DNA from: Antedon mediterranea
Taxonomy: Eukaryota > Animalia > Echinodermata
DNA: 64,000 nt
Direction: 5' to 3'
NCBI RefSeq assembly: GCF_964355755.1
Contig: NC_092673.1
Location: forward strand, 15,968,948-16,032,947
In this document: piece by piece, positions 23,801 to 38,800 of the stretch
Numbering within the stretch: position 1 is the first letter of the stretch
How the letters are laid out: each line of letters starts with the position of its first letter
Notes under the pieces: generated by a model
The model's input: only the letters and a program-made list of their open reading frames with translations
The model's database searches: none
What the model was told of the DNA's origin: nothing
Program-made: the position numbers and the translations under genes

Positions 23801-26800
23801 TCCAAGAATCGATCCTTGGGGAACACCACAGGTTAAACGGGAATAGGAAGAGTTAAAATTATTTAAGGAAGTAAACTGAACACGATTGGAAAGGTAGCTT
23901 TTAATTAGTTTTAAAGGAAGGCCTCTGATACCGTAATTTGAAAGTTTATGAATTAAAATATCGTGGTTAATAGTATCGAAGGCCTTAGATAAATCAAGGA
24001 AAATAATTTAATCATATTAAAAACTTACGATAGGTGGTCAATAATTCCTACTGCCAAATTCTGAATCATACCAGTTATTCATTTCAGGATTACTTTATTT
24101 TCACTTTACACAGTGAAACCATCCTAATTTGAACCGTATAGAAATGATTTAGATTCAGGATCTCTGTCAAAAAATGTTGCATAACGCCTATATGTTTGGA
24201 TGAGTTTGAGTTCCACACAATTTTTAGGACATAATTAATAACTTTAACTGTATACATTTTAGTTAAAAAAATACATTATTATTATAGTATATCCAGAATG
24301 AATGAGGTTTACCATTTTCATGTATAGTCGATTGCTTGTACACAGTCACCCACAAGCTTTTATATAACCTTATACCATTGAAAAAGTTTAAAGATACCAT
24401 ATGACAATTCAAGAGTTTTGCCAAGCTGTGACTTTTAAAATAGTGTTTTTTATGAAAATATGTAATATGTAATATTTTTGTTTTGTGCATTTTTTTAGAT
24501 TTACCAAGTACTGTTGATGAGCAATTTCAAACACAATTTCAGAAACATAAAAGTGACAAACAGAAAACAAAACTTCTTAAGCCAGAGAGTGGTGAGTTTA
24601 AGAATAAGAGCTGCTGTATGTTTTATGATTGTATCTATATTATAATTTAACAGAATTGTGATTAAAATGGGATTTCAGTAAAGAGAGAATTAGACGCTAA
24701 TGTTATTAAAAAAACATTTCTGAGCGGTACTGTAAAAAGGCGAAAAGTGTGCAACTGATAACATAACAAATAACAAATGGAGAGATTTTATTTATCATAA
24801 ATAAAACAAACAGTTGATTGTTTCCATTTAAAATACTATAATAATGGAATGAAGCTAGTTTGCAGATTTATGTGGCATGCTTGCTTGATTTTTGCTTGAT
24901 TGTTGATTTTTAGGTTATATGCATTATCATGCGATCACGCACGTACAACCTTTCTTTAATAATATCATCATATTTTATTCACTTTTCAACTTTAATTTGC
25001 GTTATACGAGCACATCAAAAGTGACAGGCTACGCACGTGTAAATTTAAAAAATGGTGAAAATATGCTAAATTTTAAAAATAATATAGATCGTCAGAAAGC
25101 TCAGGAACACATATTTTTTATTTCATTTTCTTGAAGTGTATGTATCATGTATGATTTATTATGAAATTAAGAGTACAAAAGTTGATAAGTCATCATTAAT
25201 TGCATTTTAAATTTTAAAAAATTTATTTCGACAATCAAAAAATTATGACATTTTCTTAGGCCAAAATAACAAACTTTAACTTTCTTCTTTCAAAATAAAA
25301 GTTCATATATTAAAGTTAAAAGTATATAGTTTGACAGTGCATCATTTTTTAACATTTTTAAAGATGTCATCATAGTAAAAAATTATAATTCATTGCGGTA
25401 TATAATAATCTATCTGCGCCAAAGTGGTTACTGCATAGTAAATACACGGAGGAATCTTTCTACAACTTTTAGTCAGTTGTGTATAGGCTAAAATAGTCCT
25501 TGGCTGACTGCTAATAACTAATTGTACTGTATATTCATTACATTGGTGGTGGGGGGAGGGGAGGTGTTCTTCTAAACACCAAGCCCTTCAAAGTATAACT
25601 AATCTCTACCAAGTGTATAAAGTGTATATTTTACAAAATATTTATATTATACAAACATTTAGAGTGTTAATTGCATTTTAAGCAATAATACATTTAGAGC
25701 AATTATGACACATTGTACATTCTAGGCTGATGTTTAAATTTTTAATTTTTTTACTATTAATATTTACAAAAGTGTAGCGTACACACATAATGGGGAACTA
25801 ACGACTGGGGACAGTGGGCACGTTTTCTGAGCGTGCTTTAGTAGGACCAGAAAAGCCTTTAAAGGTGCAATTCCAGGTCTATATTGACAAAATTGTTTGA
25901 CATCAGCCTAAACCATGGTGGGGCTCGAGTTATCTTTATTGTGTTTTGACAAACAGGTATAAAAACAAAATTGGTTACTGGTCATAAAACAGAATATAAA
26001 TAAAAACATTCAAAAAGTTCAAAGCATATTGAAAACTTACAATAGATGTTTTTAATCGCATTTCCTACTGCCTCATTCTGAATCATACCAGTTTATTCAT
26101 TTCAGAATTACTTTATTTGCACTTTACCCATTGAAACCATGCTAATCAACCGTATATTGCTTTAATTTCAACGATTTAGATTCAGGATCGCTGTCAAAAA
26201 ATGTTGCAAACGTCTATATGTTTGGATGAGTTTGAGTTCCACAATTTTTTTTAGGACATAATTTAAATTAATAACTGTAGTTGTTAACTGTATACATTGT
26301 AGTTAAAAATATACATTGTTATTATTATTATTCAGAATGAATGATTGCTTGTACACAATCACCCACAAGTTTTTGTAAGGCTTTGTATCACACAGAGCCT
26401 TATATAACCTTATACCATTGAAAAAAAAAAGCTATGACTTTTAATATAGTGTTTTTTATGAAAATATATAATATGTAATATTTTTGTTTTGTGCATTTTT
26501 TTAGATTTACCAAGTACTGTTGATGAGCAATTTCAGAAACCGACAAGTGACAAACAGAAAACAAAACTTCTTAAGCCAGAGAGTGGTAAGTTTAAGAATA
26601 AGAGCTGCTGTATGTTTTATGATTGTATCTATATATAATTTAACAGAATTGTGATTAAAATGGGATTTCAGTAAAGAGAGAATTAGACGCTAATGTTATT
26701 TAAAAAATCATTTCTGAGCGGTACTGTAAAAATGCGAAAAAGTGTCCAACTGATAACAAATAACAAATGGAGAGATTTTATTTATCATAAATAATAACAG

Positions 26801-29800
26801 TTGATTGTTTCCATTTCCAAGAATGCTCGGGAACACATATTTTTTATTTCATTTTCTTGAAGTGTATGTATCATATGTATGATTTATTATGAAATTAAGA
26901 GTACAAAAGTTGATAAAGTCATCGTTAATTGCATTTTAAATTCCAAAAAATTTATTTCGACAATCAAAAATTTTCTGACATTTTCTTAGGCCAAAATAAC
27001 AAACTTTAACTTTCTTCCTTCAAAATAAAAGTTCATATATTAAAGTTAAAAGTATATAGTTTGACAGTGCATCGTTTTTTAACATTTTTAAAGATGTCAT
27101 CATAGTAAAAAATTATAATTCAATGCGTTATGTAATAATCTATCTGCGCCAAAGTGGTTACTGCATAGTAAATACACGGAGGAATCTTTCTACAACTTTT
27201 AGTCAGTTGTGTATGGCTCGGTGGTCTGTGCTCGTGTCTATGGCATTCAAGGTACCAAGATCGAGTCTAACATTGGGAAAGGAAATAAGATTTTTTTTTA
27301 TTATCCGTATTGTTTGTTCAATTTTATTTGTTAGTGTATAGATTATACACATAATTTATAATGAAATCTAGATAAAAAGTAAGTAATGTCTTTATTTTTA
27401 CTATGTAACAATGTTGTATGACATTATACGCGGAGGGATCTTTGATCGGATTGTGATACCGGCTATTGTATTCGCGTTAGCAAGATCCTATATTATAAAT
27501 AATTAAAGATTCTGAGAAAATCAATCAATCAATATATCTTTTAAAAATCAATTATCTTTATTTAAATCAATGCATATAACCTAATTCTAGTTTTTTTTTA
27601 CTTTATTTACTCCAGATGTTTAAAAAATCTATTAAAATCTTGATTCAATTTTCAGATATTGCTGCACGTGAATTAGATTTTCAGAAAGCATACAATGAAG
27701 CCTTGAAAGATGGATCCGTTCCAGTCAATCTTGGAATGCTTAAAGTAATTGGGCAAGAAGGAGTGGGTAAAACATGCCTCATCAATGCATGTCTTGGAAA
27801 AGAGTAAGTAGTAGTTGTAGGACAGTGAAATGAACATTACAAAATATTTGTGAGTCAACTAAGAATTACAAGCCAGCCAACTTTTATTGATTTGTTTTTG
27901 ATAAACTACCACTTTTTAAATATTGCAGTGATAGATAACAATAGTTGAATAAAAACGTCTATAAATATATAAATCGGTTTCTACAATAATCATAACACCA
28001 TCAAATTTTCTATTGATTATAGAATTTACTTTTAGGCTTGTATTTAAAAAAAAGATCATACGAATGGTCGGATAACTTGACTTCCTAAATGTATAATTAA
28101 TGAATATATTAAAATGGTTTTGAAGTAAAAGGAGAAAAGTGCATGTTTTACAGTACCTGTACTTAAAATGACTGAAGTTCATAGTTGGTTTCAAATATTT
28201 TTGCCAGATTTGAGGAAAGGCATGTAGTTACAGATGGCATAGCGGTGATAAGAACAGCAAGCACAACATGGACAGAGGCTAAAGCTGATAGTGGTAAACA
28301 TGAATACATTTAGCATATTACTCTTCCCACCATCATACGTTATGTAACAATATTATCAATAATAATTATTATCATAGACACAGACAAGTCCACAATGAAA
28401 TGGAGACATAGAATTGAATTCAATGCATACAACTGTAGTATGGTGTCACATACATTACAATTGTTACTCTATGATCCCTTTATAACGCGCAAGTTTACTG
28501 TATGTTACATTTTTAATATGATGATGTACAGTAATTGTAAATTTACATTGACAGTGGTAAAATACCCAAAGTATAGTCACATATGAACGTATGTACTGAA
28601 ATAATATGTACACACTTTCTCTTTCTCTACAGGTAATACAATACAACAGTATACAAAAATGGTCACTGACAAATTGAGAAAAAAGAAAACTGTAAATGTA
28701 TGTCAGTAATAGTGTAATGAAAACGGGTCTAGGACAACTACCCCCTGGACAGCTACCACCCGGACAACTACCACCGGACAATAACCCCCTGGACAATCAC
28801 TCTCCTAGGACAACTACCCCCTAGGAAAACTGCCCCCTAGGACAACTACTGTACTAACTTCAAAACATAGGAAGAGAGATTGATCTTAAATGAAAGATTG
28901 TTTGATTGACTGGTGCTGCTAGGTAAACTGTATGTTCCTAGATTTATATACGGCATCTTCATGTCACACAAGAATAAAATAAGCCACCCCTTTATTTTTC
29001 AAGATTGGAATACGTTTTAATAATTTTATCAATTCTCGTTTAATGTAAAATAACTGCTGACGATACGCATATTTAAAAAATCAAAAGCTTTCATATAAGA
29101 TCAATCTCTCTCCCTATGTTTTGAAGTTCAGTAAGTTTTACAAGATCGTAATTATAACTTAAGGTGTAGGTGTCATGATACAGGTGTGGCTGTTCAGAGG
29201 GTGTTGTTTTCCTAGGGGCATAGCAGTTGGATTAGAGGGTAGTTGTCCTAGGAGGGTAGTTGTCCTAGAGGGTAGTTGTCCTAGAGGGTAGTTGTCCTAG
29301 AGGGTAGTTGTCCTAGGGGGTAGTTGTCCTAGGGGGTAGTTGTCCTAGTGGGTAGTTGTCTGGTGGGAGTTGTCCTAAGGGGGTAGTTGTCCTAGAGGGT
29401 AGTTGTCCTAGGGGGTCATTGTCCGGGTGGTAGTTGTCCAGGTCGTAATTGTCCGGGTGGTAATTGTTCAGGGGGTAGTTGTCCGGATACGAATGAAAAC
29501 ATAAAATGAATAAAGTAGTACCTACAGGACTATTGCAAACCAGTCACTTAGGCTTTCTTTCTAAATGAATCAATGATGCATTATGAGCAGCTATTTCATT
29601 TTGTTTTTGCTTCAATCCTTTTAAAATTTACTCTAAAAATTAATTTGGTTTTGCTTTTGAGAGTAAATAATATTAGTTTTCTCTTATATTAAATTGTAAA
29701 CAATACTGTATTTAACTTTGAATAAACATTTATTTCTTTTTTATATCCATATATTGTTTTTGTTTTATGTGTCAGATTGACATGAAACCACCTATAGATG

Positions 29801-32800
29801 ATGATGAGGATGGTATTGTTGTTGACTACAATAACGATGGCAACAATGATGGTATGTAACTTGACCTTAAATTTTAATTATAATTACACAAGACAAAAAC
29901 ATTCTAATTATTCTTACATTTTTGTAGTAAAAGCATTAATAAAGAAGTTGCAATCATCAGTTTGCAATTTCTGTCATTTTAAACATCATTGTCCCCAAAA
30001 AACATGAAAAATAAAGATTATTAAAATCAGACTATGGCGCTTGACCTTTGACAAGATCGCCTAAAATTTATAAATTAAACTTACGATACTTATTATTGTA
30101 TATTCAGGAATAGCCGCTCCATAATCTCTTTGCCTTTCTTCTTTATATCTATATTTTATTTTTTAAATTTATACTAACAAATATATATTTTTATTAATAT
30201 TATAATCATAACAATAAATATTTTAAAAATATATAAAATATTATTTATCGCATAATATGCAGTCTTGGATAATTATTTAATATACAAAATCATTACACCC
30301 AACCACGCCTACTACTTTCATCTCCTATATGCGGAACATCATTTGGATAATAGAACAAATCATACATCTACACATAATCAAGCATCGTATACTCTATCTC
30401 TAACAATATTTCAATCTTCTATCGACTAAAGCTGAAGTATAGTCGTTATCTCGGAACCGTTCTATGGTTACCACCAGGTAGGCTTGATTCATCAAGGCTT
30501 CTATGAATGGATGTACTGGTTGGGAGCAGAAAATCTAGTAGACCATACCCAGTACCGTTTTGATTACGATCAATCGGGAATTTACCTCACGACGAGAATA
30601 GATTATTTTGTAGTCAATCACTTCTATAGAAAAAAAGGAAACACATATAAAATAACAAAAAATAAATGGTTAAATTCAAGCAAAAACCCATTGGCTGGCA
30701 GTCATTTTGACTATTTTTTGCTTAAAATTACAGTTTTTTAGGTAAATACATTTTTTTCAATCCAATTTTTGGTCAAAGTGGATAACTATTAGGTGACATT
30801 CAAATTGCATATTTAAAAAAAAATTGTAAGAATTATTTTTTCAAGGGGACATAAATAAGTTCATAGTTATTTAAAATAATAAGATTATTACCGGTAATTA
30901 GATTTTCCTATTTAATGTAACTAAAGAAGTATAAAATTATGTTATCAGATTTATAACTTAGAGGCAACCTATCTGTGTAACAATTATGGTGACGGTAATT
31001 TGGAGAAAACATGGCAGCAGCCATCCCACTCCTAGACAGTCCAAAGACGCTGTACATGCAGGCTTGATGGGCATGTTTCTTAGTTAGCAATGTTAAACAA
31101 AGATGAACTAAAACACCTAATTAAAACCTTAAAAGGGGCTTACAAAGATGCTTATTTTTTTGTATGAATCTAGAAGAATCAAAGTGAAATCACAGTCTTC
31201 TACACCTACTATATAATATACATAAATATATACTGGGCTTATACAAATTTGCAGATTAATAGTTTGTACATATTAAAGTATCCTTTCATATCTACCATCC
31301 CCTTACACTTACCGTCCCAGTGCGAAAGCTCATATGATGATAATGAAGACAACTATACTCATAGTAACTTTTTAACTGACTGATAAATTAAAATTTTTGA
31401 AATAAAATTATGCTTGTTACGCTGTTTGTGGAATGACCAAAAAATTTGTTTCCACTACAGGTACTGATACAGCTACTCAAGCTGTTCCATTTGATACAGA
31501 TCAACAATTAGATAAGGATGTAATCAAGAAAGTTGAGGAAAAAAAGGAGGAGACTTTGGAAGAAACATTCAACATCTGGGACCATGGGGGACAATTAATA
31601 TACCATGGTCTACATCGGGTAAGTAGGTTTCTGTATAGACTAACATGATTGTATGGCCAAGGTATAGTTGGACGTCTCCCGTTGTGGTGATCTGGTAGGC
31701 GCTTCACTGCTGGCTGCCGTTGGTCAGTGTCAGTGGTCAAGCTCACTTTTCAGTTAAGCTTGAGGACAACTATTAATACCTTTACCTTTTACCTTTATTA
31801 AAGTCTTTATTATATTAATATGTATTGTCCCCTGAAAAAATAATTCTTAACAAATTTTTTTTTAATATTCTATTTTAATGTAACATAATAGTTATCCACT
31901 TTGACCAAAAATTGGATCGAAAAAAAAAATGTATATACCTGAAAAAATGTAATTTAAAGCAAAAAATGGTCAAATTGGCTACCAGCCAATGGATTTTTAT
32001 ATTTTGTCATTTTATAAGTAAAAACATTATTTTTTTTTCGTTTTTTTTTTCAATGGAAGTGATTAACTTTATTAAAACTACAAAATAAATATTCAAATTC
32101 TGATTTAATTAATCTTCATTTTTCATGTTTTTGGGGGACAATACATCTTTAAGGTCCACATACAATTAAAAATAATATTTGTTCATATGTTGTCAAAAGG
32201 CCTTCAAGAATATTAATCAGTCAATATTTAAATATTTTTGCAGATGTTCATGACACTTCAAGCACTATATATTGTTGTGTTTGATCTCAGTAAACCCTTG
32301 GATGATCTTGCTACTTTCATTGATTCATCTGGAGTAAGTATTTCTAGAGCATGGCAGCAGTAAGGTATTGTGATTGAACAAGTCTTTTATAAGAACAGTT
32401 TTTAAAAACTAAGCATTTCTAGTTTAACTGTGGTTAATTGTTCTGTAATTCTTTTTCAGAGGAAATTTCAACATCATTGGACCAATCTCCAGTTCATATT
32501 ATCTTACATCCTGTCAGTTTATTCTCATAGTCGTATTGTGGAAGAAGACAAGGAGAATGAAGTTGACAAACCAACTATCCTTATTGTGGGTACACATAAG
32601 GGGAAGCTTGGCTGGACTGAAGAACAGCAAAATGATGAGGTTAATACTTCTTTTGTTTCTATATTATTATAAATAGCCACAACCAAAGATACATTGCAGT
32701 TGTAACTGTTTTTAAATATTACTTTAAATAAATTACCAAATTGACACATTCTTATTATGCGTAAACTGTTATTAAAATTATATACAAACAGGCAGAAAAG

Positions 32801-35800
32801 GCGTTTAAAATTATTCAAGATGTGCTTAAAACAAAACCATATGGAAATCATGTCTACCACAAATATTTTGCCATTGAAAACAGTCAACCAACTACAGATA
32901 AGAGCTTTAGTGATCTCAAACAAGTTATTGATACACTTATGAAAGCTTTAGAAAAGCCTTTTCCTTTAAAGTGGATGCGTTTTCGATGTGATCTACATGA
33001 TCTAAGAGGAAAAAAACAGCCCTCCTTTTCTTTGTGTCCTTTAAAAGAGGTAAATGGTATTTGTTTTGTTTACATTTTTCGAAATATTAAGGCGCAAGTA
33101 TCTATCAAGTATCTAAAAAAAAAAATTTACGTTTCTAAATATAAGTACCCTTTAATTAAAAAATGTCCATAGACTAGCCAATTTAGATTACAATATCCAA
33201 AATCAAATTTTCATCTCAGATATTTGCTGCCATTGTTTTATTTATAAATTGTGTGTTTGAAAATACTGAGGTAATTAGCCATTGAAATTGAATATTTCAA
33301 ACTATTTTTTCATGTAATACCCACATTTTTTATTTAATTCTGAATAATATTAATTATTATTTCTTTTAGATAAAAATTCTGACAAGTAAGAATGGTATTG
33401 TTGAAGAAAAAAACAAATCAGTCCTGCTTAACTACTTGTACGATCTTGGTGAAATTGTTTACATGCCTGACAACAAATTATTAAGGGATAAAGTTGTGCT
33501 AGATCCGATGAGGCTGGTTGAAATTGTCACCAAATTTGTAACTGTGGTTCCCCCAAAATATCCCGTAAGTAGACTCATGTAATGTCTTGCATTGTAAAAA
33601 CGTGTTAAAGTAGTATAATTACTGTTCTGTGTAATTTATTATTCCTTAGCAAAGAATTTGCCTTTAGTAATATTTGATAGAGATGCTTAACATTTTCTAT
33701 AGATAAAATAAAAAGTATGCTGTAAGGCATCATTTGAAATTTACTGTAATTTTTTTACAAGTTTTAATTATTTCACTTTTAATATTCTGCTTTCAATCTG
33801 TTATAATTGAAGCACTATAAAAGTGAATAGCACAGCAGTAAACTAACTTGGAGTAATTTCACAGTTTAACCCTTTCACTGCGTGTATTACCGGGTATAAA
33901 CATGTTGTTGAACTGCATATAACCATCATTACCGGGTACACTATATTTTTGATAAACTTAAATATATTTGCAATGTTTTAAAACTATTTTCCTGCACTAC
34001 ATGCAACCTCTATATTTTTTAATATCATCGTATCGTACCATTTTCTTACTCCAAACTAACCAACCTTTTACCCACTACAAAAATATTTACAAAATTATCT
34101 CATTTAGTAGGTTTTTGCAATTTATTAAAAATCACCTGTCTCTCAATGTTATAATGCACAGTGAAAGGGTTAAACCACGATACTGTATTATACCAACACA
34201 TGGTTCATCTATATTCTAAATGCTTACTGTATCTATTTCCGTCATCCTCACAACTGTTATAAACACAAAATACGATGCATGGTTGATAGTTGGTGTTGTT
34301 TTTAGGCCGCTAAATTTAGAAGATCTTTTGATAAGCTTGACAAAGGCATACTGGAAGAAGACTTGTTGCAAAAATTATGGAAAGATAGTAAAGTTGATGA
34401 CGGAAAGAATTTTGAGTTCCTTGTAGCACTGATGATTCAATTTGGTTTCATATTTGAGAGAAAGACAACCAGCAGCCAAGATAGGGCAAGTACATCTATA
34501 GTAGGTTATGTTTCTTTAATCTTTCATTTGATGCATGTAAGATTTGGAATAAAAAGTATTATTCTAATAGTTTGGATTTAAATGTTCAGACAAAGTTTGA
34601 ATAAACTTTCTAGTGAAAATGTCTAAATGATAGAGTATCTTTAGTTTGCTTAAAGTAATCTAAATGGCATTGTTACGAATTAACAATTTCAGAAATCTGG
34701 AAATGGAAAACGATCCTTTTTTGTGCCACTGCGACTTGCTATCAAGACAAGTCAAGTGAGACAATTACCTGATGATTCACAATCTATCAGTAGGCCTATC
34801 TATTACGACTTTGAGGGATATCTGCCAGACGTGCTGTTTCCGTATTTAATTATTGAATTCCTTAACAAATTTCAAAAGGAAGGAGTTGACCCAATACTCA
34901 CATGTAATTATGCAGAACTTTACCTCAACGAAAATCATCATGTGATTTTGTCTCTTGACAAATTTATTACTAAGAAGGATGAGCGAAAGTTCTTGTTAAA
35001 GGTAATAAATAATCTCTATAATGAATGTTCAATAAATATCACTAAATTATGAAAGTTAAATATTGTTGCTTAGTCTTTCCCAGAATTTACTTTAAATGCA
35101 TCTAAATTCTGATAGCAAAACATCACATCTATTTTTACTTTCTAGATGGCTATTAAAAGAACAGATTCTTTTGACGAAACGAGTAAAGAGGAACCTTCAG
35201 CTGAAGCATGCAAATTGGTATGTTATGTTACCAGTTATATTATGTACCTGTTTGGACGTAGTTTATGAAAATACACATAGAACAATTATTTTAATTTACA
35301 ACAAAAAATTTACACATGTTTCTTTAAACTATGCTTTTAGATCAGTAAATATGTTAAAAATCTGTAGCAAATTGTCCAACTGTGTGTCTCTAGGTAGCAT
35401 TTTCCTTAAAAGTTTCACAATGTATAGTGAGTGGTACCAAGGATATCAAATTCCACTAGAAAAAATGTAAAATCATTTAAATTTTATTCACTGGATATAA
35501 CTTATGATTTATCAAAATTTACATCTATGTTTTCTTTTTTTTTTCAATTGAATTGTAAGTAATTTTAATGTGTACTACCTAAAATATATTCCATATATAC
35601 TTTGTGAGCTACTGCACCATTTATGCTTTCATATTGGCTGGTGTGTGTTATCAATCGACATTAAATTTATATCTTTAGGCTTTGTCAACAGTTGAAAAGT
35701 CATTTGAACATTACAAAGATGGTGGTAGAAGGAGGATTCCATTCAAGAGATGCATTCCTTGTCGGTGTAGTGATCAATTAGACAAGAAGCATTTTCAAAT

Positions 35801-38800
35801 TCTTGAAGATTTCCAATGCATGAAGTTAACGTGCATAGAAACTGGCAATGTTATTACGATGGATGTCACATGTTACAAGCGGCTGTTTGGAGGTAAGAGT
35901 AATTAAATTTACTTATTTTTATTAAGTACATTTTCATTAATACATGAAGGACTCTCACTCATCCCTACAGCACAGGAAACTGAAAAACAAAAGGCTATTT
36001 CTGTTCTATCAACAATTAGTGACCTATTTGTGCAAAAATTGACATGTTTAAATAATTATAGAATAGAGAAAGAGGATACTGTACCTTATTTGAAAATAGA
36101 CATATTTGATAATACTCTTCCAGTAGTAGTAGTACAACATAATCATTGCTGTGATATCTTCATTCCTCTTACCAATAGTAGTACTATCAGAATCATTATT
36201 GATAATCTATACATATGCTGCTATTAGCTGTGATATCTTTATTCCTCTTACCAGTAGTAGTACTAGCAGAATCATTATTGATAATCTATACATTGTTACA
36301 ACATGCTGCTATTAGCTGTGATATCTTCATTCCTCTTACCAGTAGTAGTACTATCAGAATCATTATTGATAATCTATACATTGTTACAACATGCTGCTAT
36401 AGCTGTGATATCTTTATTCCTCTTACCAGTAGTAGTACTATCAGAATCATTATTGATAACCTATACATTGTTACAACATGCTGCTATTAGCTGTGATATC
36501 TTCATTCCTCTTACCAGTAGTAGTACTATCAGAATCATTATTGATAATCTATACATTGTTACAACATGCTGGTATTAGCTGTGATATCTTCATTCCTCTT
36601 ACCAGTAGTAGTACTATCAGAATCATTATTGATAATCTATACATTGTTACAACATGCTGCTATTAGCTGTGATATCTTCATTCCCTTACCAGTAGTAGTA
36701 CTATCAGAATCATTATTGATAATCTATACATTGTTACAACATGCTGCTATTAGCTGTGATATCTTCATTCCTCTTACCAGTAGTAGTACTATCAGAATCA
36801 TTATTGATAATCTATACATTGTTACAACATGCTGCTATTAGCTGTGATATCTTCATTCCTCTTACCAGTAGTAGTACTATCAGAATCATTAGTGATAATC
36901 TGTACAAAGGAAATAACAGAATGTGATGATGATCTAAAACACTTCAATAGTTTATAAAATACATTGCTGCTTTTATTATAACAATTGAACATGTGATAAT
37001 GTGCTGTTGGCAATATAGAATTTGTATAGCATCCATTGAATTCATTTCATTTTATTCATCAAAAAAAAATAAAATTATAGAACATGTAAAGATAAAATGC
37101 ATAAAAGATGAAAAGGATCAACAACTAAAAGATAAAAGCTTGTATAGGGTTGAAGACCTAAAATAACTAAACAACTATAAAACAGCTAATACTAAAATAG
37201 GAAACATAATAAAATATATATATAAAGTAACATTATTTCATTATTGTATATTTTATTTGTTACAGATGATGTGGGGACAAGTTCAAATCAAGGTATGTTA
37301 TATTAGACCTATGTGTCACTAATGTTCTTGTGATGTGCCCACATATGGACATGATGATGTCATATCAATACCATATTTGGGCATATCACTCATATTTGGG
37401 CACATCACACTTTTTTTGTCAAACAAGTTTGATAGTGTAAACAGAGCTTTAGTGATGCATTACTTTCTTAATGATCAAATCTCAATCATCCAGTGTAAAA
37501 GTGCCATGTATATAAACAAATTCTAACGTACTTTAAACATATACTTCTCATTTTTATCATTTTAGGCAGTAGTGATGAGGATGAAAGAGAAGGAACATCA
37601 CTGAGTCACCAACACCAACAAAGTGAAGGTAAGATTCTAGTAAATAGAGATAGTGATATTCTGATGATAACGATGTTGAACAAGATGATGATAATTTGAA
37701 TTTGAAATTTAAGTTGGTGATAATGATGATAATATACTCTCTCTAAATTTATGATCATACAACGAACACCAAGAATATAAGGTGGATTATTATAATAAGA
37801 ATACAACTAGACTTGAAAGTGATTCGCGCAAACCCAATAAAAATGTTTGTGAAAGTATGTTATGTTCAAGATTTGTGGTTATTTTTATATATGTGTTTTT
37901 GGCGACGAACGCTTTCAATATATGACAATAGTCAAATGACGATAGTACTGTACTTACAAAAAATGTAGAATTGTTTATGGTCATCATTCACCTAGGTCTA
38001 GATGGCAAAGAAGATTGAACTCATGCAATGGACGATCGGGCTAGGCTAGTCTGTAGCTAGTAATACTAGTTTACTAGAGTAGGACAGCAAGGCCTAGTCT
38101 GCGTGGGACACACAGTACAGATGTTCATGTATCATCACAGCCGCATGCAATTTAAATAAATTAATTCAATTCGGACCTGAACTAAATAAACTAGCATTAC
38201 CAAAAACATATTTGAGAAATAGTTTGACAGTAATGCAATGTCTTTGTGGGGAACACATTGGGAAAAGCAAAACCAAAAACAAGCCTCTACCTGCCCGTGG
38301 CCTAAGTCCTTAATTTTAATTGTTTAATAAACCAAAACTTGCCACATATACAATATCAAGTATTCCAAAGTTGACAGTAGTTTCATATTTGTATTGAACT
38401 TGACCCGAACCTGACATTATTCCACAAATATTTTTTTTTTGAAATAGTAGAGTTGAGAGAGAAAATAAAACAAATTTAATATTGACCTCAATTACTGTTT
38501 TACATTTTGTTGATATTCTGTACTGATGATTAAATAAAAATTGATTTTGGAGTGGGTACAATAATGATCACTGTCAAATGAATGTCCTGTCATTTTATTT
38601 GCAGACAATTTCCGAGACCTAAAAGCTGGTCTCAGTGGTTGCTTTGATGGCGAAAGATATCGTTGGCTAAGGTTCCTACTATTCGATAAGTTGGATGTCG
38701 GTGAAATTACAAATCAAGATTTTAATGCAAATGACTTGCTCAATGAACTTGAAAACAAAGGTTTAATCTTGCCAACCAATGTTAACTTGCTGTTAGAGAT

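Larger units (their letters stand above)
22195..27215 (+). repeat. Tandem duplication of a ~1.6-kb unit containing the linker exon
   Basis: ~22195-25485 (with LINE) is collinear with ~25580-27215. Confidence 0.85.

Noticed and set aside
27616-27655. ATG at 27616 as the start of a separate Roc gene, or acceptor at 27615
   Set aside because: The acceptor at 27655 is in phase with the upstream linker exons, and using 27615 hits TAA immediately. A standalone start cannot be fully excluded without transcripts.
36147-36926. Series of hydrophobic ORFs and a CRISPR-like look
   Set aside because: Perfect 88-bp tandem repeat with no unique spacers, eukaryotic intron, no cas genes.
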